Positions 30,449 through 41,442 of a stretch of DNA of 64,000 bases are shown piece after piece (position 1 is the first letter of the stretch; each line of letters starts with the position of its first letter). The notes beneath the pieces are model-generated. The model was given only the letters and a program-made list of their open reading frames with translations. It was not told the origin of the DNA and did not search any database. Where the stretch lies: NCBI GenBank assembly GCA_963836235.1, contig CAWIIP010000002.1:1568001-1632000 (forward strand). Direction: 5' to 3'. Position numbers and translations under genes: made by a program. This DNA is from an uncultured Pseudomonadota bacterium (GTDB lineage: Bacteria > Oederibacteriota > Muellerivitia > Muellerivitales > Muellerivitaceae).

Positions 30449-31273
30449 ATGCCTTTTCACCCACCCAAACGTATAGCTTCTTTTTCCCACGTCACGACTG
30501 AGATTCTTTCCTACTTGGGATTCTCCGACGAAGTGACCACTTTAAAAGAATATTGTGAGGAAGAACCGCCCGCCATTGACCGCAACAAACCGGAGTATTG
30601 GTTCACCATGGCGGAGGGGCGCCTCAAAAGCCTCAGGGCCGACCTGGCAGTGACTTTTTCTTTGACCCAACAGGATTTACAGAAATGGCTCAAGGAAAAG
30701 GGTTTTAATGTTCTGCACCTGGATCCCCGCTCTTTGAGAGAAGTCGAGGATTCCTTTATCCAGATCGGGAAAGCCACGGGGACACTGGACCAGGCCAAGC
30801 GGTTGGCCCAGGACTTCACCGGGGGATTGGCGGCCCTTCAATCCAAGATTCCCCTCAACGCCTACCGGCCCAAACTTTACGTGGAACAGTGGAATAAACC
30901 CCCTTCCGCGGCGGGCGGCTGGTATTCCGAATTAATGCCCCTGGTAGGTGCCCATTATTTTCCGATGTTGTCCCGGGAACTCAGCCGTTCGGTGAAAATC
31001 GAAGAAATGCTGAAATTCGATCCGGAGATCATCATTTTTTCCGTTTACGGGGCTGGGCTTACTTTCGATCCCGCGGATGTCCTGAAACGCATCGGATGGG
31101 AAAAAATCAACGCCGTCAGAAAAAGAAGGATATTCACTATTGAGGAAACCCTTTTGAACCGTCCCGGACCCCGCCTCGTGGATGGAGCCAAAGTCATCCA
31201 GTGGATTCTGGGCGAATCCTTTTGGGGTTGGCCCCTCGTCCAATCCGCTTTCGCTAGAAGAGTTGTTGATTGA
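30449..31273 (+). CDS. BtuF-like helical-backbone solute-binding protein, no signal peptide
   Basis: PKRIAS, TEIL..LG, DPEII, INAVRKRRIF, LLNRPGPRLVDG. Confidence 0.8.
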   Translation: MPFHPPKRIASFSHVTTEILSYLGFSDEVTTLKEYCEEEPPAIDRNKPEYWFTMAEGRLKSLRADLAVTFSLTQQDLQKWLKEKGFNVLHLDPRSLREVEDSFIQIGKATGTLDQAKRLAQDFTGGLAALQSKIPLNAYRPKLYVEQWNKPPSAAGGWYSELMPLVGAHYFPMLSRELSRSVKIEEMLKFDPEIIIFSVYGAGLTFDPADVLKRIGWEKINAVRKRRIFTIEETLLNRPGPRLVDGAKVIQWILGESFWGWPLVQSAFARRVVD

Positions 31274-31504
31274 GGTCGTTTTTAAAACCTTGTCTACAAA
31301 CCCATTTAAAAAATTGATCATTTTTAAAAACAAGACAGAATTCAAACACTAACTTATTTCTCTCGGATGAAATGAGGGTTGAATTCCATTAAAGATTTTG
31401 TCTTATGGTTCAAATTTGATTATGCTAGCCCTGTTGCCCGTTTAACCTTGGAATTCCGGAAAATAGTATTGAACGGATTCCAAACGGAAGGGTTGGTTTT
31501 TTTG

Positions 31505-32014
31505 ATGAACTCATACAATTCTACGGATGAAAATTCTTCTTCCCCCCTCAAAATTCCAACCTCTTTGGAGTTGTACGATTTTTTCAACTCGTTCCTTTTG
31601 AAGTGGTTGAAATTACCTTCCCAAAGAGTGGATATCGTCGATGACGACATCCAAACATTGCCTAATGAGCATAGTCTCCTATTCATGCATCCCATGAAGG
31701 GCATCCTCATCATCCGGACTTCCGATGAATTCGGAAAGGGGTTGGCAAAATTGGCAAAAATCAAAGACATCCCTCATGATCTTTTCATGGAAATGATCGT
31801 TCTTTTTTGGCACCGATTTGTTTCCCATTTTTGGGCGCTGGACAGCCGGAATTTGCCTGCCGGGCTTCTCAAAAAATCCATCCCGAAACATTGGCCCGAT
31901 CGCAAGCCGGATTCCCACTTGGTTGTATTCGTGATCCAACAGCCCGTTGAAATCCGCCTTTGGTTCAATTTGACCGAAACTGATATAGAACGATGGAAAA
32001 AGCCTTCGAATTAA
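31505..32014 (+). CDS. Hypothetical protein, possibly a degenerate CheX-like fold
   Basis: F.HPMKGILIIR...GLAKLA...DLFMEM pattern; start uncertain (31379 or 31505). Confidence 0.45.
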   Translation: MNSYNSTDENSSSPLKIPTSLELYDFFNSFLLKWLKLPSQRVDIVDDDIQTLPNEHSLLFMHPMKGILIIRTSDEFGKGLAKLAKIKDIPHDLFMEMIVLFWHRFVSHFWALDSRNLPAGLLKKSIPKHWPDRKPDSHLVVFVIQQPVEIRLWFNLTETDIERWKKPSN

Positions 32015-32133
32015 GGCATTTCAATACACCGCCCTTGTTCGTTGATTAGACCTATTCTCTCCGATAAGATAGTTTTCCTTTTATTGAAGTTGGCATACGC
32101 CCTTGTTTTCCCAAGGCGGTGAAGGCGAACGGC

Positions 32134-35100
32134 ATGGAACTTCCTTTTGACCAAAAAATTTTCATTTCCTTTTTCAATCTTTCATCGGAATTGATGGCGG
32201 TTCTGACGGAAGACGGCCGTTTTTTGGAAGCCAGCCCCGCCTGGGAAAAACGCGTCGGATTCCGCCCGGCCGAACTGGTTTCAGTTCCTTTCTTTGACTT
32301 AATCCATCCTGAGGACCTGTCGAAAACCCAGCTTGAAATCCAAAAACTTTTTACGAATTTGCGACCTCTCATCTTTGAGAACCGGTTGCGCCGAAAGGAC
32401 CAAGCTATCCTTTGGATCCGATGGACCTGCCTTTTTTCCCGGGAGGAGGGGCATTTTTATTTAACCGGACAAGACATCAACGAACTCAAGGAAGCCGAGA
32501 AAGCCTTGGAAGAAAACCGGGCCAAATTTAAGCGCTTGGCCGAATCCACCACCGAGGGAATCGCCATCCATGAAAAGGCCATTATTTTGGAGGCGAACCC
32601 GGCACTGGCCCGGATATTGGGCTACGAAAAACCTGAAGAATTGATTGGATTGAGCGGTTTGGATTTTGCCGCTCCCGAATACCACCAACTCATCTTAAAT
32701 AACATCCTTTCGGGGTCGGAGGAGCCTTATGAGGTAATCGGCATTCGAAAAGATGGGACAAGGTTCAACTGCCTGCTTTCGGGCAAACCGATCCAATACC
32801 AGGGCCGTTCCGTGCGGGTTTCCACTTTTTTGGACATCACCAAAATGAAAAAAAGAGAGCAAGAGCTTTTCGAAAGCCAGGAGCTGTTCCGGAAACTGGC
32901 CGAGGCCTCGAAAGACGGCATCGCCGTCAGCGAAAGGGGAGTGGTCCTCATAGCCAATCCCGCCCTGGCCCAGATGTTCGAGCGCGAGGTCTCCGAAATG
33001 GTCGGCCACAATGCCCTGGAATTCACGGCTCCCGACTTCCGGGATACGCTTTTAAAAAAGGTCCTGGAGGAGGTTGAAACCACCTATGAAGTGATGGGTT
33101 TGCGGAAGAATGGAACCCGTTTTCCCGTGGAAATCACCCCGCGCATGACAACTTATCAGGGCCGGAGGGTCCGGTTGGCCTTTTTCCGGGATATCACCCA
33201 GCGCAAGAAAATCGAAGATGAGATCCTTCGCCAGAAGGATTTCTCCCAGAACATGATCAACAGCAGTACCGATGGGCTCTTAGCCTTCGACCCGGAATGC
33301 TGCTATACCCTTTGGAATCCCGCGATGGAACGTATCAGCGGCCACTCTAGGGAAGAGGTGCTGGGACAGTGCGCTTTCGATGTTTTCCCCTTCCTGAAGC
33401 AGATCGGGGAAGACGCGCATTTCTACGGTGCCTTGGAAGGAAAGACTTCCTTCGCTCAGGAGAGGCCTTACCGCACCCCGGCCGGAAAACAGGGGTTTTT
33501 CGAGGCCCATTATATGCCCATTAAAAATGCCCAGGGTCAAATACTGGGAGGGTTGGGCGTCATCCGGGACATCACGGAACGGAAAAAAATCCAAGAAGCC
33601 CTGCGGCAATCCGAACTGAACCTGAAGGCGGTTTTCCAGAACACTTTTCAAAATATCGTTCTCATGGACCGGGAGGGCCGGATTCGGGATTTTAATACCA
33701 ACGCCGCCGCGGATATCAAAGAAAATACGGGAAAAGATTTGGAAATTGGGAGATTCCTTTTCGATTACGTCCATCCTGAAAACGCCGATCTTTTGAAAAG
33801 AAATCTTTCCAAGGCCCTTCAGGGAGAGGCCGTACATTTGGAACGGACCTATCGGATGGGCGATGGCGAATCCCATTGGTATGAGCTTAACTATCATCCG
33901 GTCTTTGGTAGCGAGGGTGAAATCGATGGAATTTGCATGACCTCCCTCAATATTGATGACCGAAAAAAATCGGAAGAAACCGTCCAAAAATCGGAAGCCG
34001 ACCTAAGGGCCATCTTCAACAGCAGCCACCAAATGATTATCCTGGCGGGACGTAATGGAAAAATCCGGGACTTCAATCAAAACGCCAAACGAGTATTAAA
34101 GGGACTCATGGGGCTGAATTTGGAACTGGGACGCCCCTTGTCGGACTACGTCGAACCAGTCTTTGTAAAACCTTTCCAGGAAAGACTCAAAAGAGTTCTT
34201 AACGGCGAGAACGTACTCTTGGAAAGGACCGTTCGGAGCCAGGATGGCCAGGATGTTTGGTATGAATTCGCTTATAACCCGGTTTTTGACCGGCAGGGAA
34301 AAGTTACGGGAGCTTGCCTGGTCATTGCTTCCATCGATGATCGAAAAAGAACCGAGGAATCCTTAAAAGAAAGCGAGGAAAAATTCAGGAGAATTTTCGA
34401 GAAGGCTTCCATCGGAATGACCCTTGTCGACAAAAATTTCCACTTCGCCCATGTCAACCGCGTCTTTTGCGATTTCCTTGGTTACGCTTCGAAGGAGCTA
34501 ATTGGGAGAACCTTTGAGGAATTCACCCATCCAGATGATCTTTCCCAGAAAGCGGCTCTCTCGAACGAGGTTAAAAATGGCAAGGGCTTCCAACGACAAA
34601 AACGCTATCTCCACAAGGACGGAAGCGTCTTGTGGGCCAACCTGACGGTTACCAGTTTCCTGGATGAGAAGGGGCAATTGCTCTACAGCCTTGGGATGGT
34701 GGAAGACATCACCCAAAGGAAACTGGCCGAAGAAACTTCCCGCCAAAGCGAGGAAAAGTTCCGCCGGATTTTCGAAGATGCTTCGATGGCAATGGCGATG
34801 GTCTTGGATTATAAGTTCATCAAAGTCAACCGGGCCTTCCAGGAACTCTTGGGATACACGGAAGAGGAAATAACCGGAAAAACCCTTTTTGAGATCACTC
34901 ATCCGGATGACTTAAACCAAACCCGGGAAATCGCGACCAAAGTCCATGATCAAGAGAAAGACAGTTTTCAAGTCGAAAAAAGGTACCTCCGGAAAAATGG
35001 CCAAAATATTTGGGCCAATGTTTCGGGTACCGTTATTCGGGACAGTGCGGGTAAAAAATTATATTCCCTCATCATGGTTCAAAATATCACGGAGCGTAAA

Positions 35101-36915
35101 CAAGCACAGGAAGACCTGCGAAAGTCCGAGGAAGAGTTAAGGGCCTTCTTCAACAGCGGCTCCCAGGTGACCGTCCTGATCCGCCCGGACGGGATGATCC
35201 AAGGGTTCAACAAGACCGCCCAGCTTATGGCCTCCCGCGTCCTAGGCCGGGGGATTGAAAAGGAAATGCTTTTCGCCCAAACCCTTCCTCCGGGCGCCAG
35301 CCAGGAGATGTTCCAAATGAGCTTCAAAGCAGCCCTGGAAGGACGGGAGACCAAGGGTGAAAGGTCCATCCAATCGGCCGAGGGCCATCAGCGCTGGGTG
35401 GAGGTGAAATACCAGCCGGTTTTCAACGAAAAGGGCGGGGTGGACGGCGTTTGTTTCTCGCTTACCTTCATCGACGAGCGCAAGAAAACGGAAACGGCCC
35501 TCAAGGAAAGCCAGGAGCGTTTTGAAAGGTTGGTCCAAGTCACCCGGGAAGGGGTCTTGATCCATGAAAATGCCAAGGTCGTCGACGCCAATCCGGCGTT
35601 GGCCCAAATGCTGGGGTATACGCGGGAAGAAATGCTGAAAAAAACCGGGTTCGACCTGCTTGCCCCCGAAAGCCATGAATTGGCGCGGCTCCATATGCTG
35701 GAAGGATCCTCCGAGGCTTACGAGGTTTTGGCCCTCCGTAAGGATGGGAGTGTTTTTCCCATTGAGTTGCAGGGACGGAACTTCCAATACAAAGAAAAGG
35801 AACTAAGGGTTTTAAGCGTCCGGGACCTGACCTGGCGAAAGGAAACCGAGCGTATTTTGCGTGAAAGCGAGGAAGGATACCGGGGCCTGGTAGAGTCCTC
35901 GCCCGAGGCGATCATGGTTCATGACGGGGAAAGAATACTTTACATGAATCCCGCCGGCGTGGGGATGTTCGGGGCCCAAAACCAGGACGAGGTTGTAGGG
36001 AAAAGCATCTGGGAATTGGTCGATCCCGAATACCGGGAAGTGGCCCGCAAAAGGGTCGAGTCCATCCTCAGGGACCGCCGTCCAACCCCCCCCATGGAAC
36101 AAAAATGGAAAAGTTTTGACGGCCAGCCAGTCGACGTGGAAATCAAGGACATCCCTTTCACCTTTCGGGGCCGTCCCGCCATCATGGCGATTCTACGCAA
36201 TATCACGGAAAGCAAAAAAAACCACCAGACCCTTCTGCGCTATGAAAGGCTGGCGGCAGTGGGCAAGGTCATCGCGGCCATCGCCCACGACGTCCGCAAT
36301 CCCCTGGCGGTGCTTTCGGGCATGAGCCAAATCCTCACGGCCAAGTTGGAAGCCCGGAAGGAATATTCCCAGGAACTGAAAACCATCCTGGCCCAGGCCG
36401 ACCGCCTCAAGTATTTCATGAACGATATTTTGGATTATTCCCGGGAGATGGAAATCCGGAAATCCGAGATTGATTCGAGGAACGCCCTGGAAGAATCCTT
36501 AGTGGTAGCCCAATCCCAAGTGGGGCCCAAACAGGGAACCATCCAGGTGGAGTGGAGATGCGCTGAAAACCTGCCCCGCCTTTTCGCCGATGGCGAAAGG
36601 TTGGAACAGGTGATGGTGAACCTGATGGTGAACGCTTATCAAGCGGTGGATGAAAAAGGGCACATCCGTATCTCAGCCGAAGCGAAAGACGGAATAATGT
36701 TCTTGGGAGTTGAGGACGACGGGCCCGGCATTAACGAGACCGATCGGCCCCGGCTTTTTGAGCCTTTTTTCACCACAAAAAAACAAGGATCGGGGCTCGG
36801 GCTTTCCATCAGCCAAAAGATCGCTGAGGCCCATGGGGGAAAGATTGAGGTTGAACGCGTGAAGCCTCATGGGACGAAGTTCATTGTGGAGCTGCCCCTG
36901 GGGAAAGAAGACTAA
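32134..36915 (+). CDS. Cytoplasmic multi-PAS sensor histidine kinase (11 PAS domains by eye)
   Basis: Repeated DIT/NIT/IDD PAS ends; H-box AHDVRNPL; NLMVNA, DDGPG, FFTTK, GSGLGL. Confidence 0.93.
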   Translation: MELPFDQKIFISFFNLSSELMAVLTEDGRFLEASPAWEKRVGFRPAELVSVPFFDLIHPEDLSKTQLEIQKLFTNLRPLIFENRLRRKDQAILWIRWTCLFSREEGHFYLTGQDINELKEAEKALEENRAKFKRLAESTTEGIAIHEKAIILEANPALARILGYEKPEELIGLSGLDFAAPEYHQLILNNILSGSEEPYEVIGIRKDGTRFNCLLSGKPIQYQGRSVRVSTFLDITKMKKREQELFESQELFRKLAEASKDGIAVSERGVVLIANPALAQMFEREVSEMVGHNALEFTAPDFRDTLLKKVLEEVETTYEVMGLRKNGTRFPVEITPRMTTYQGRRVRLAFFRDITQRKKIEDEILRQKDFSQNMINSSTDGLLAFDPECCYTLWNPAMERISGHSREEVLGQCAFDVFPFLKQIGEDAHFYGALEGKTSFAQERPYRTPAGKQGFFEAHYMPIKNAQGQILGGLGVIRDITERKKIQEALRQSELNLKAVFQNTFQNIVLMDREGRIRDFNTNAAADIKENTGKDLEIGRFLFDYVHPENADLLKRNLSKALQGEAVHLERTYRMGDGESHWYELNYHPVFGSEGEIDGICMTSLNIDDRKKSEETVQKSEADLRAIFNSSHQMIILAGRNGKIRDFNQNAKRVLKGLMGLNLELGRPLSDYVEPVFVKPFQERLKRVLNGENVLLERTVRSQDGQDVWYEFAYNPVFDRQGKVTGACLVIASIDDRKRTEESLKESEEKFRRIFEKASIGMTLVDKNFHFAHVNRVFCDFLGYASKELIGRTFEEFTHPDDLSQKAALSNEVKNGKGFQRQKRYLHKDGSVLWANLTVTSFLDEKGQLLYSLGMVEDITQRKLAEETSRQSEEKFRRIFEDASMAMAMVLDYKFIKVNRAFQELLGYTEEEITGKTLFEITHPDDLNQTREIATKVHDQEKDSFQVEKRYLRKNGQNIWANVSGTVIRDSAGKKLYSLIMVQNITERKQAQEDLRKSEEELRAFFNSGSQVTVLIRPDGMIQGFNKTAQLMASRVLGRGIEKEMLFAQTLPPGASQEMFQMSFKAALEGRETKGERSIQSAEGHQRWVEVKYQPVFNEKGGVDGVCFSLTFIDERKKTETALKESQERFERLVQVTREGVLIHENAKVVDANPALAQMLGYTREEMLKKTGFDLLAPESHELARLHMLEGSSEAYEVLALRKDGSVFPIELQGRNFQYKEKELRVLSVRDLTWRKETERILRESEEGYRGLVESSPEAIMVHDGERILYMNPAGVGMFGAQNQDEVVGKSIWELVDPEYREVARKRVESILRDRRPTPPMEQKWKSFDGQPVDVEIKDIPFTFRGRPAIMAILRNITESKKNHQTLLRYERLAAVGKVIAAIAHDVRNPLAVLSGMSQILTAKLEARKEYSQELKTILAQADRLKYFMNDILDYSREMEIRKSEIDSRNALEESLVVAQSQVGPKQGTIQVEWRCAENLPRLFADGERLEQVMVNLMVNAYQAVDEKGHIRISAEAKDGIMFLGVEDDGPGINETDRPRLFEPFFTTKKQGSGLGLSISQKIAEAHGGKIEVERVKPHGTKFIVELPLGKED

Positions 36916-37022
36916 ACTCCGCCTCGCACCGATCCATCGCAGGGTTTAAAAATGGAAAATGGCGCCCGTGCCTTTTTCTATAGTGTTGCGATCTCCAGAA
37001 AACCACTTCAAAGGCATATCGA

Positions 37023-39143
37023 TTGAATTCCTTCCCTCCAACTCCCGGCCTTTCCCCCAAAAGTTTCCGGCTTCTTTTCTTGATATTCGCCATCTCCAAC
37101 ACCCTCTTGGCCTATGCCGCCATCCCTATTCTTTGGCAATGGGCTATCGGAATTTTGGGGCTGGCCATTCCTTGGGGCTTGGGGTTATTTTTTTATCAAA
37201 AGCCTGAAAAAGACTCAAAAACTCTTTTTTTGGAGGATTGGATTCCGCCGCCGCCTTTTTGGCTCTTGGCGATTCTTTTTTTGGGCGCGGCGTTTCTGCG
37301 GTTCACCCAACTCACCACCCTTTCCTTATGGCCGCTGACGGACGAGGCCAAAAGCGCCTATTACTCCATGCAATTGGCCGCTCATGGCTCTTTCCAAATG
37401 CTCTACGACTTCAGCCAGTTGCCGCCGTTTTATATTTGGCTCCAAGGGTTATTTTTTAAGCTTTCCGGAGTTTCCTTATTTTCTCTTTGGTGTTTTCCGG
37501 CTTTTCTTTCCCTGTTGACCGTAGCGGCGGCTTATTTCGCGGCCAGGGTAAATTTCAATAAAACGTTTGCGCTGATTTTTTCGGGGCTGATGGCTTTCAG
37601 TTTTTGGCCTCTCTATGCCGGACGTTTTTCGCACCAGGGTTCGCTGCTTCTTTTGTGGGAATTTCTCGTTTTGGGGATGGCAGGCAGGCTTGCCTCGGCG
37701 GCGGCTTCGGGTGGACAAACGAATTATGGATGGGGTTTGGGCCTCCTGACGGGGCTGGGTTTTTACACCTTCACTTCCTGGCCGACGGTGGCATTGGTCT
37801 TGGCGCTTTGGATCTTTCTTTTCCGCCGGAAGGTGATCTTCCCTTTTTTCGGGGGGGTGATTTTGGCCTACCTTCCCCTTGGTTGGTCCTGGTTCCATCA
37901 GGATTACGGGGGTTATATTAAGCACTTGTGGGTTTTGGATCCAGCCCGTCCTTGGCTTCCACAGACGCTTCAAAGCCTTTCGGATTTTTCGGCCCTATTC
38001 TGGAAATCAACCATTCCCCTAAATCTTTTTGCCTATAAACCCTTTTGGGGCGGTTACTTAAACCCCCTTTTGGGAGCTTTGTTTTTCCTGGGGTCACTCG
38101 TTTTTTTCCGGACGGAGTCTAAACTTAAGTCCCTCTTGGTTATTTCGGCCTTTTTGATTTTTTATGCGCCGGGGTTTCTCTCGGGCGGGGTGGAAATGTT
38201 CCGTATTCTTCCCCTGCTTCCGTTATTATTGGCTGGAGTGGCTTGGGGACTTTTAATCTTTCTGGAATCCTTAAAACTTCACTTCAAATGGATGGCCCTA
38301 GCATTAATCCTTACCCTTTCCTTGGGGTTGGATACTATCCACCTTTTTGGGGTTTACCACGGGGTTTGGACCCATCCCAAGGATAATTGGTTTGCCAGCA
38401 AGTCTTTAGAAAGATTGAGAGCTTTTCAAATTTTGGAGGAGTTGAGGCAACAAGATGGGCCGGGTTTCATCCTTTCCGAACTGGTCCCCGATCTTTACGA
38501 CCAAAGCCTCTCCGTTGCCGCTTACGAGTTTAATGTGGGACAAAACCCGGGATTGAACGCCAGCCAAGCCCAATGGGCCGCGCTACTCATCAATATCCAT
38601 TACCAGCCTTATCTGGCGGGAATTTTCCCGGAAGGGAAGTGGTACCGGCTGGCACCGGATGTGGACCGCCCCGACGGTGGACTGATGTTGGCGGTTTTCC
38701 CTTTACCATCCAACCATTCGGTAACCCTCAACCACTGGATCGGAGCCGACAGGGCTTGCCATGATTTGATACCCTTGGTCTTCGATTGTCGGGATTACAA
38801 GTCTAGGCGGCCCATTCTTGAAAAGCTTTATTCGCTTTATCCCTTGTTCAGGGGGGACCGATTTTTGGAATCTTGTTTTTGGGAGAAGATCGCTGAAAAT
38901 GAATATGGCGACCGAAATTACGAGAATCAAATAGACGCTTTAAAACAAGCCATTGGCAAAGGCTATCCCACCGCCCATCTTTTCAATAATTTAGGGGCTC
39001 TCTTCCTCAGGCGCAGCCGGTTACCGGAGGCTCGCGAGGCGTTTGAGCGGGCCTTGAAGTGTAATCCCAATTACACTTCGGCGGCGGTGGGACTTGTGTT
39101 TTTGGAAGAAGCCGAGAAAACGGGAAAGCTTCCTAGAGATTGA
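37023..39143 (+). CDS. GT-C fold membrane glycosyltransferase with C-terminal TPR, paralog 4
   Basis: LRFTQLTTLSLWPLTDE; WGGYLNP; FRGDRFLESCFWEK; GYPTAHLFNNLG. Confidence 0.75.
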   Translation: MNSFPPTPGLSPKSFRLLFLIFAISNTLLAYAAIPILWQWAIGILGLAIPWGLGLFFYQKPEKDSKTLFLEDWIPPPPFWLLAILFLGAAFLRFTQLTTLSLWPLTDEAKSAYYSMQLAAHGSFQMLYDFSQLPPFYIWLQGLFFKLSGVSLFSLWCFPAFLSLLTVAAAYFAARVNFNKTFALIFSGLMAFSFWPLYAGRFSHQGSLLLLWEFLVLGMAGRLASAAASGGQTNYGWGLGLLTGLGFYTFTSWPTVALVLALWIFLFRRKVIFPFFGGVILAYLPLGWSWFHQDYGGYIKHLWVLDPARPWLPQTLQSLSDFSALFWKSTIPLNLFAYKPFWGGYLNPLLGALFFLGSLVFFRTESKLKSLLVISAFLIFYAPGFLSGGVEMFRILPLLPLLLAGVAWGLLIFLESLKLHFKWMALALILTLSLGLDTIHLFGVYHGVWTHPKDNWFASKSLERLRAFQILEELRQQDGPGFILSELVPDLYDQSLSVAAYEFNVGQNPGLNASQAQWAALLINIHYQPYLAGIFPEGKWYRLAPDVDRPDGGLMLAVFPLPSNHSVTLNHWIGADRACHDLIPLVFDCRDYKSRRPILEKLYSLYPLFRGDRFLESCFWEKIAENEYGDRNYENQIDALKQAIGKGYPTAHLFNNLGALFLRRSRLPEAREAFERALKCNPNYTSAAVGLVFLEEAEKTGKLPRD

Positions 39144-39276
39144 AAAAAACGTGGCTAGTTGCAAGGCGCGGTTTATCAATGGATAATCGTCAGATTGTTT
39201 TTAACATGTTGTTGAACCCATCACTCAGGGTTCTTATTTTGTTAACGAACCGCTAAAATTCTGTTTAGGAGATTTC

Positions 39277-40731
39277 TTGAGCGTACCATCCTTTCAACGA
39301 CCGGCTGAGGTTCCGCCTGAATTCGCCTTTGTTTCCCTTCCCAAAGCCCTGGCTCAATTCCACCATTTGCCCCTGCATGTACCGATTTGGATCCATCGGC
39401 AGGAAGAAATCGAAAAAAATGGATATGATTTCGAGGAAGGAGTCCGGGTGATGGGGGCGCTTCTTCAAGAAGCGCCTGGAATTCCAGGAGCCTATCTTTA
39501 CCAATTGTTCGTGAAGAAATGGCCGAAGCTGGCCATGATTAATCCCTATTTCGGTTCGGGCCGGGTGGCGGAGGCGATTCCTAAGCTTGTGGAGATTCTC
39601 GATATAGACCCCGAGTGTCCCTTGGCCTCTTTTCAATTGGGATATTGTTTTCGGGCGACCGGTGAATTGGAAAAATCCGAATCGTTCTACAAAAAGGCCC
39701 TGCGGATGGCTCCGGAGGCGGGATGGATTTATAGCAACCTGGGCCGCACCTATCTGGCCATGGGAAATAAGGAAAAGGCCGCCGAAGTTTATTGGAAGGC
39801 CATCGAGCTTCTACCGGGCGACCACTTTGTATTGGAACAATTGATCGGTTTAGGTGAAATTTTCATGCTGTCCCCGCCAGAAGAGAAGGCCGATGCTCCG
39901 CCATCCTTTGTCCGCCGGTCGGACTATGAAAAGAAAATGAGAGAAGCAGTTGAAAAGGAAAAAAATCCGGCGAATCTCATAAAGTTTGGCTGGAAACTTC
40001 TTCATGACCGACTAAACGATCTCGCGTGCCAATGTTTTGAAAAGGCTAAAACAGCTGGATCTTCGGAAAGCCCGTCGGATATTCTTCTGGGACTGGGGAC
40101 CGCTCATTTGGAAGCGGGTCGTTTCAAGGAAGCCGAAGGGTTTCTCCAGGGATATTTGGATTCACACCCCGACTCGGCCACAGCCCACTTGAATCTTTTC
40201 AAGGTTTATTTGGCCTTGGAGGAACGGGAACTGGCCTTGGAGGAAATTCAAACCGCGGTCCAGCTGGACCCAGAACGATTGGAAGCCTTAAAACAACTTT
40301 ATTTTATGTACCTCCAAACCGACCGGAAAGAGGAAGGTTTGGAATGGCTGGACCAATTGGCTTTGGAACATCCTTCCAGTTACGCCCCGCTATTGGTGAA
40401 GGCTTGGGCCCTTACCGATGACCAAAAATGGAGTGAGGCAAGAGAAATCCTCCAAGAAGCCTTGAAACGGTCGCCCCATAACGAGGAAATCCTTCTTTTT
40501 CTAACTTCCGAGTTGGGAAAGAGGGGCCAAAGGAAAGAGATCATACAAACGCTTCAAGCCGAATCCACTCCCCTGCCGCTTTCCTTGACCATCAATTTAG
40601 CTTTGGCTTTCAGCCAGGACGGCCGATTGGACGAGGGAAAAAAGGTTTTGAAATCATTTTTAGAAAGATCTCAGATGGATCCTTTAGATCGGAACCGGGC
40701 AAAAACGATCCTCGAGGAATTTGAGAAGTAA
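39277..40731 (+). CDS. TPR repeat protein
   Basis: Multiple TPRs (FQLGYCF, YSNLGRTY, LGLGTAHL); AGGAG before the TTG start. Confidence 0.85.
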   Translation: MSVPSFQRPAEVPPEFAFVSLPKALAQFHHLPLHVPIWIHRQEEIEKNGYDFEEGVRVMGALLQEAPGIPGAYLYQLFVKKWPKLAMINPYFGSGRVAEAIPKLVEILDIDPECPLASFQLGYCFRATGELEKSESFYKKALRMAPEAGWIYSNLGRTYLAMGNKEKAAEVYWKAIELLPGDHFVLEQLIGLGEIFMLSPPEEKADAPPSFVRRSDYEKKMREAVEKEKNPANLIKFGWKLLHDRLNDLACQCFEKAKTAGSSESPSDILLGLGTAHLEAGRFKEAEGFLQGYLDSHPDSATAHLNLFKVYLALEERELALEEIQTAVQLDPERLEALKQLYFMYLQTDRKEEGLEWLDQLALEHPSSYAPLLVKAWALTDDQKWSEAREILQEALKRSPHNEEILLFLTSELGKRGQRKEIIQTLQAESTPLPLSLTINLALAFSQDGRLDEGKKVLKSFLERSQMDPLDRNRAKTILEEFEK

Positions 40732-40737
40732 CCCGAC

Positions 40738-41271
40738 TTAATCATCCAACGAGAGCACCTGGATGGAAGGAGAGGGTTTTTCCTTGGACTTCTTTTGAAG
40801 CATTGGATTGATCACGAAGCCTTCCCCGCTATAAAGCTTTTGAATTCTCGCCAGTTCGGTTTTTTGGGTTTCAGATAAGAAACCGCAATTGTTCAAATGG
40901 TCCGCCACAAGACAAAATCCGGTCCCTTGGCGTTTCCAAAACTCCAGTAAATTTTCAAGGATAACAACGGGGACTTCCATGTTCCTGATTTTTTCTTCCT
41001 CCACGGGGTGGAGACCGTCGTGATAAACGAAGAAATAATTCGGGTCAAACTTGTATTTGATCTTACGCGCCGTGTCCATGAAAAAAACTCCAGCGTCGGA
41101 AACCACCAGTTCGATAAAACGGTCGTTATTGGTTTGCTGGCGGAACGCAAGGAAACGAACGGGATCCACCGCGATTCCGGCAAAACCCAGGTTGCGGTAT
41201 TCGTCGTAAATTTTTTTGTTCATCTGACCGAGCGCATCGACTTGCTCCGGAGTCATATGATCGAGAGCCAT
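40738..41271 (-). CDS. Hypothetical protein
   Basis: 177-aa ORF with GAAGG upstream; no recognised motif. Confidence 0.65.
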   Translation of the reverse strand: MALDHMTPEQVDALGQMNKKIYDEYRNLGFAGIAVDPVRFLAFRQQTNNDRFIELVVSDAGVFFMDTARKIKYKFDPNYFFVYHDGLHPVEEEKIRNMEVPVVILENLLEFWKRQGTGFCLVADHLNNCGFLSETQKTELARIQKLYSGEGFVINPMLQKKSKEKPSPSIQVLSLDD

Positions 41272-41442
41272 AAGAACAACCTTCGTCAGTGTTGAATGGT
41301 ATTGAGCGTCGTTTTTTCAAAAGCAACGTTCTTCAAATATTTTATCACGGTGAGTTAAGGAAAAAATCGGTTTGAATGGCGAAAATCATCAGATTTACAA
41401 GCTTCACGGTCAACCGGAGAGCGAAACCGGCTTGGGAAACCG

